Position numbers and translations under genes: made by a program
Shown: piece after piece, positions 57,501-64,000 of the stretch
Layout: each line of letters starts with the position of its first letter
Numbering within the stretch: position 1 is the first letter of the stretch
Assembly: GCF_021869535.1 (NCBI RefSeq)
Contig: NW_026262679.1
Coordinates: forward strand, 108,562,001 to 108,626,000
Length of the DNA: 64,000 bases
Source: Mytilus californianus
Taxonomy: Eukaryota
Direction of reading: 5' to 3'
Notes under the pieces: model-generated
Database searches by the model: none
What the model saw: only the letters and a program-made list of their open reading frames with translations
Told to the model about the DNA's origin: nothing

Positions 57501-60500
57501 AATGACCAATTACTATCAAACTTTTAAGAATTATGGGTATTCAAAAAGGGAAATCACCATAATAAGAAATAGGAACTCTCACAAGAGTGAAGAATTTGAA
57601 GGATTCACGCAATCAAATATTGACGAAAGCAAAGCCAGAAGTATAGGCAGGGATATTTTAGTTTGTCGGAACTGGATTGCAAGTCATCCGTACCGGCTCA
57701 AGCAATAAAAAAAAATCTCGTTGAGATGATCAGCTATAATCTATAAATTAATTAAACATTTAATTAGAGTACTCATTGTACAGCTTTTATAATTCTTTCA
57801 CCACAAATTATCCCTGGTAGTTAACATACAAATCAGCTGCAGTAGCTATCTAATCAGCAGTGTGTAGTAGTGAACTATATAAGTGCCTATGCATATGGAA
57901 GATAAGAAGTTAAGAACGCACCACTTCAAACATTGTCACCATTTTACTAAAATAAAAAATTAAACAAAAGAATATACTGTATATATGAACCATGTAAAAA
58001 TTCTGATAAAATATATGAAATATAAATTGCTTTCAAAGTTTGGTTCAATTTTTTACGTTTATGATCCTAATTTTATCCCAGTCAGCTAAAAGAAATGTAT
58101 AAATCCCTCCAAAGCCAGATGTATTTTTCAATTCTGATCTATTTTTAAATGCAATAAAAAATATCTGAAATCCTGTGTAGGGTTGGTTTAATATGGCAAG
58201 GAAGTGTCCATTGTTGACATTAGGCATATGTACAGGTGGGGGATATAAACTACTTAGAACCTTTACTTTCTGTCTTTGTATGATTTCACAATCATTCATA
58301 TTACTCTCAATTTTGAATTATTGTGTGCATTTATTATTGCTGTTATAGGAAAAGCTGCATACAAAGATATGGATCAGATATCATAATGAGAGTTCTTATT
58401 ATTGCAATACTCACCCAGTTGCATTATTCACATCAATAAAAACCTCATTATAATTTCTACAGTACCCAGTAATCGTGTACATCATTTTTGTTTTAGTTTA
58501 ATATCATGGTCAGTTACTTTTATCTATTTTCAGCCGAAACCACAACCAAAGAAAACTCCAGAAAAAGTGGTAGCAGTAACAACTAACATGAGTGATTCAT
58601 CAGATGGTGATGTTAGTTTTACCATTATCTATACCCCACATATATTGGGGTTTTGATCCCCTGACATGCTTTTTCTAACTAGTTAGGTGCATGTCACAAG
58701 AACAAATAGTTTTCATTGTTATTTTAAGGGAAACAAATTGATTACATTAAAAAAATGAAATAGAAAAGATATGCTGACCTAATGTTCAAATTTTTATACG
58801 TGTAAAGATGATTTTATGAAAAACATATAGAACATACAAGAATAAAACAAATTGCTTCCAGAATTTAGGTTTATCTACAAAATATTTTGGGGGAACCTAC
58901 AATGCTTCAAACAAGTTGTTTGTTAGAACGTTAGAATGATAAACATGGTGCAGTTTAGATACCACATTATTGACAATTTCAATGACATTTTTAACCAATA
59001 AACATGTATTTGAACATCCTAATGAAAGAATTTAATGGAAACTTTCAGAAAAGAAATATCTGCTTATTGTAAAAATGATTTTAGTATGGTTAATTTTTGT
59101 AGGATGATGATGAAGCAATGGCTCAGAAATTACAAGAAGAATTAAACAGTGGTGGTAGAAGAACAAGATCAAGAAATACAAAGGTTGGTACTCCACACAC
59201 TCTTATTAGTGTACATCATCATTTAAACAGATAAATATTTATTTTATTTTATACTTTAAGCATGATTTATTGTTCAAAAGGACAAATGGATCAGACACAA
59301 GTTTTTATACGACCGCAAAAAAAATTGGTATGACGTTGGCGTCGTTGTCCGAAGACACATTGGTTTTCGCACTCTAACCTTAGTTTAAGTGTATGGATCT
59401 CTATGAAATTTTACCATAAGGTTCAATACCACAAAAGGAAGGTTGGGATTGATTTTTGGGGTTATGGTACTAACAGTTCAGGAATTAGGGGCCAAAAATA
59501 AGCATTTTTGTAACTTCCAGACATAACTTGTGTGTTAGTGTATGGATCTCTCTGACATTGTACCACAATGTTCCATATCACAAAGGGAATGCTTGGATTG
59601 ATTTTGGGGGTAAATGCCTCAAAATTTTAGGAATCGGGGGCCAAAAAAGGGGCAAAAAACAAGCATTTTTCTAGTTTCAGGACAATAACTTGTGTGTAAG
59701 TGTATGGATCTTTATGAAATTGTACTACAAAGTACCATATCACAAAGGGAAAGCTGGGTATGAGTTAGGGGGTAATTGCCCTAAATGTTTAGGAATTTGG
59801 GGCCAAAAAGGGGCCAAGAAACAAGCATTTTTCTAGCTTCCAGACAATAACTTGTGTTCAAGTGTATGGATCTCTCTGAAATTGTACTGCCAGGTACCAT
59901 ACCACAAAGGGAAGGCTGGGATTGAGTTTGGGGGTGATGAATCATAAGGGGGTTCAAAACATTTGGGGGGGGGGATTTTTTTTTTCTTTTTTTTTCTTTA
60001 AAATTTTCCATTTTAAATTGGTTATTTCTGATTTATATATAAGAGCAAATAATAATGATATGGTTTGAATAGGTAAATTAAAAAATTTTAAGTTCTTAGA
60101 CCACATTCATTCTGTGTCAGAAACCTTTGCTGTGTCAAATATTTAATCACAATCCAAATTCAGTGCTGTATGAAGCTTGAATGTTGTGTCCATACTTGCC
60201 CCAACTGTTCAGGGTTCGACCTCTGCGGTCGTATCAAGCTGTGCCCAGCTTTTATTACAACTTAGGAACGTCTTTTTTGTCGAGCCTTCGACTTTAGTCG
60301 AAAAAGCGAGACATAGCGATCCTACATTCCGTCGGCGTCCACAAATATTCACTCTGTGGTTAAAGTTTTTGAAATGTTAATAACTTTCTTAAACTATACT
60401 GGATTTGTACCAAACTTGGACATAAGCTTGTTTATGATCAAATAGTAGTATCTAGAAGGAAGTTTTGTTTTCTTCCAGTTAACATTACATTCAGTCTGCA

Positions 60501-63491
60501 GTTAAAGTTTTTAAACATTTATTAGATTCATAAACTATCCTGGATTTTTACCAAACTTGGACAGAAGCTTCTTACAATCAAAAGATGGTATCAAGAGAAA
60601 TATTTTTATTGATTTACTTCCTCATTTTTGTTGTGCCTGCGATTAACAGAAAAAGTAGGCGAGACACTGGGTTCTGTGGAACCCTTACGAATTTTTTATG
60701 ATTCTGACTCAAATATACAAATTTCGCTGTACATAATATGCTTTCTTAATCCATCTGTTTCATGAAAAATCAGACACTAAAGTCTTAAAGCAAAATACAA
60801 TGTGTATATTATCATATCTTGATAACCTGAATAAAGTGTCAAAATATCCAAGGTCAACTTGCCTGATGGAGTTTAGATCTCACTTTCTGTAAAAATTAAG
60901 AACTTGATTGATGCTTCTCAATTTTTTAACAGGCTTAAATTAAACCAATAAAACTCGTACAACCAACCCTTTTATAAATGCCACTTCTCCATTGCTTAGT
61001 ACAGTTCTGAAATAGACTTCTTATCTGTTCAAGTGAGGTTAAAATTTATACGGTAATTTTTAAAGTCTTATATATGAGCTGCAACTTCAAAACATAAGGC
61101 CAAATAAAAATATAATGGTGGTTCCCATTTCCCAACGTACCCTAGCACTTTTCCAATTACTAATAAAGATAAGTTTAAAATAGCGACCGACACGCTCAAA
61201 ATTAATGTTTGACACATGTATAGCAGTATTAACTCTATTTCCTTCCTAGTTGTGTCAAAGATTATTATCCGTGTGCTCAGGAAATTTTCTAGATATAAGA
61301 AGATGTGGTATGAGTGCCAATGAGACAACTCTCCATCCAAGTCTTAAAATTGAGAATGGAAATGGGGAATGTGTCAAAGAGACAACAACCCGACCATAGA
61401 ACAGACAACAGCAGAAGGTCACCAACAGGTCTTCAATGCAGCGAGAAATTCCCGCACCCGGAGGCGTCCTTCAGCTGGCCCCTAAACAAATATATATACT
61501 AGTTCAGTGATAATGAACGCCATACTAAACTCCAAATTGTACACAAGAAACTAAAATTAAAAATAATACAAGACTGACAAAGGCTAGAGGCTCCTGACTT
61601 GGGACAGGCGCAAAAATGCGGCGGGGTTAAACATGTTTATGAGATCTCAACCCTCCCCCTATACCTCTAGCCAATGTAGAAAAGTAAACGCATAACAATA
61701 CGCACATTAAAATTCAGTTCAAGAGAAGTCCGAGTCTGATGTCAGAAGATGTAACCAAAGAAAATAAACAAAATGACAATAATACATAAATAACAACAGA
61801 CTACTAGCAGTTAACTGACATGCCAGCTCCAGACTTCAATTAAACTGATTGAAAGATTATGTCTTCATCATATGAATATCAGGCACAATCCTTCCCGTTA
61901 GGGGTTTAGTATCATACCATCATAACATATATGAGAAGAACATAACCCGTTACATGCCAACAACTGGTTTTTAAATAAATGTGTTTAGTGCCGATGCAAA
62001 GACCCTATAAGTGAATCAATATTAACGCCAAAATATGCAATCTTTAATGACCTGACAACAGTATCGTAACTATATCCCTTCTTAATAAGTCTATTTAAAG
62101 GTTTTGTTAGCTTCAGAGGTGAATACTGACATTTTTGTGCTTTATAAAGAATATTTCCATAAAAAATTGGATGTGAAATACCTGAACGTATAATAAGTCT
62201 GCATGTTGAGCTATATTTACGAATGATGTAGACTGTTTCACTGGACCATCATGACCTAGTTTCTGAGTTTAATATTCAGTCATGTAATTGCAGTCTTTCT
62301 ATAAATACTATATAAATGCTTAACTGTTAACTCCACCACATTCTGTATGTGCTTGACCCAAGTCAGGAACCTGTAATTCAGTGGTTGTCCTTTGTTGTTG
62401 TAAATCACATTTTCTTTTCGTTTATTGTTTTGTACATTAATCAGGTTGTAAGTTTCGTGTTTGAATTGTTTTACATTCATCTTGTCTGGGCCTTTTATAA
62501 CATGCTATGCGGTAGTGGTTTTTCTCATTGTTGAAGGCAGTACGGTGACCTATAGTTGCTCATAATCTGACACATTGTCATATTTTAATATTGACTGTAA
62601 CTTAAATTGAAAACCTATTTCCAAATTTAATTAATAAAAGTAGTAATCTTGCAAACACATCAATGATCATATGTTAAAATATGTATATTTTCTTTTGTTG
62701 ACAACCATGGGTTTATGCCAGATTAAATTGGGAAAACCCGTAATACAGTCAAACATATGTAAACAGTAAATTGATGGATTGATAGTTGGTCGCTAAACAT
62801 TCAGTGGCAAATATTTCATGCATGTTCAGGATGAGAACAAAATAACAATAAATACAATTGGTAGGTCCTGTAATAGAGGCCAACTGGGATGAAGGTTGGG
62901 GAAATTTGGACTGCTGCTGGAAAATGAGTGTATATTGGATAGGGACAGAAATTTTGCCTTGTAACAGGCCACCTATGGACCCCTCAAAGAGTTTTAGCAA
63001 GGTTCTTTACATGCAAAGAGCCTGGCACTCTCTTTACATGAGACATCACATTTAACATCCCCATTCTAACCGGACGTCGTTGCTTATTTGTGCTTCGCGC
63101 ACAGCTGAACGGATGCCCTATGTTACACTTTACAAAGGACTAGTAAAATAAGTGAGGGCAAGCATATTTAATTAAAATTACTTTGTTAAAAATCCAATTA
63201 AATTCTTGGTTGAAAATACATAAATTTTATATGACAGGACTTTGAAAATTTGAATATGAGGTTTTAAGTTGTTTTGATCAGTTGTTTAAATTTATATAAA
63301 AATAAGGAAATGTGGTATGATTGTCAATGTGACAACTATCCATTAAAGTTTAAATGAAGTGGATGTAAGTAATTATAGGCAAGTATAGTGCAGTACACTG
63401 TGCTAAATGTAACAAACTGTAGCAGAAACTAACTTATCTTTCTATTTGCAGAAAAAAGAAAGAAAAACTCCTGTTAAAAGAGAAAAGAAGG
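54520..63491 (+). CDS. DEK_C-domain chromatin protein, probably UAF30/Spp27 (SWIB)-like; 5' seven exons, incomplete at the window end
   Basis: Exons 54520-54559, 54682-54772, 55917-56010, 57017-57076, 58534-58611, 59103-59183 and 63452-63491 join in frame with GT-AG introns. They give MALTQDELRKAIKDILKDADLDSLSAKKVRLQLQDQYDTDLSDKKKEIDQLVMELIEES (DEK_C), then an acidic/Lys-Pro linker and DDDEAMAQKLQEELNSGGRRTRS. A SWIB domain is not visible in the window. Confidence 0.88.
59303..60255 (+). mobile_element. HINE, same family as 9263-10405, intronic
   Basis: Inverted repeat atacgaccgca (59307-59317) / tgcggtcgtat (60224-60234); about four central subrepeats of about 155-165 bp (atggatctct...ccacaaa.ggaa...ggaatt.ggggccaaaa...aagcattttt). 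Confidence 0.8.
60272..60690 (+). mobile_element. Second HINE of a different family, directly abutting the previous one
   Basis: tttttgtcgagcct 5' end, gtcggcgtc, internal duplicated ccaaacttggaca, partial inverted repeat aggcgagaca and terminal hairpin gggttc-tgtg-gaaccc. Confidence 0.65.
61298..62225. repeat. Long copy of the aattgagaatgg... dispersed repeat, preceded by an agatgtggtatgagtgccaatgagac fragment
   Basis: 61346-61665 is near-identical to 24685-24985; the continuation resembles the PLE 3' UTR architecture at 2.5-3.7 kb. Confidence 0.75.
62880..63125 (+). repeat. Dispersed repeat homologous to 32025-32280
   Basis: Shared aacaggccacctatggaccc.tca core. Confidence 0.55.
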
Positions 63492-64000
63492 GTAAGAATA
63501 GATTCACTATAAACATTTCATATATTTATAAAAGTGAATTATCTAGTTTACAAATAAATTATAAAAACAATTACACAGCACAATTTTACAGAACTGTCCA
63601 TCAATATTTAGAGGGATCTGAAACAAACATCAATGAAACATTCACCCAACAATAAAGGGTAGAATATTGTCAAAGATTGATAGTCTTCACCTGATTGATG
63701 CTACACTCCATGTTTAGGTGTTGGTTATCTCTCATTATCATACCACATGGGTAAACGTAATGCATTTTTTTAGGTGCATGTCATTTTTTTTTAATCTTTG
63801 GTAGCCATTGTCACCCATAAAGTACAGTAGGTGATATTACCTAAAGACTTTCGGTCAATTATAAACTCAGTCTAAGCATAACCTATTTGTTTGAAATGGA
63901 TATTTGGCAAAAGGATTCATGAAAATAATCTGAAGTTCTATTTGTAAAATGTTTACACAGTCTTTAAAAATCATAATTTTTTGATTGGTCAGTTTTGCTT

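Noticed and set aside
62858-63055. Two ORFs (also 32025-32216) sharing NRPPMDPS, suggesting a small gene family
   Set aside because: The similarity is at the DNA level in a dispersed repeat, and the frames diverge on either side of the shared core.

Overview
This is AT-rich metazoan genomic DNA. The repeat families look like those of a bivalve mollusc, probably Mytilus; that assignment is inferred from remembered repeat sequences, not from a search. Four protein-coding genes can be assembled with in-frame GT-AG splicing. Two are a tandem pair of unrecognised paralogues with two coding exons each (10.5-12.0 kb and 21.2-23.0 kb, + strand); they share a splice junction and three further conserved motifs, including a C-terminal W-x3-SK-x-RQS-x-REH-x-M-x-SP-x-x-F tail. 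The third is a complete three-exon Not/Noto homeobox gene (- strand, 37.6-44.3 kb). The fourth is the 5' part of a DEK_C-domain gene resembling UAF30/Spp27 (+ strand, from 54.5 kb, running off the window). Most of the remainder is repeats: four degraded Penelope-like retroelement (PLE) RT copies, many 5'-truncated PLE 3' ends, decayed hammerhead-ribozyme-type repeats, several Helentron-type non-autonomous elements (HINEs), a 30/32-bp minisatellite and microsatellites. Most short ORFs in the supplied track are spurious. No rRNA, tRNA or CRISPR features were seen.
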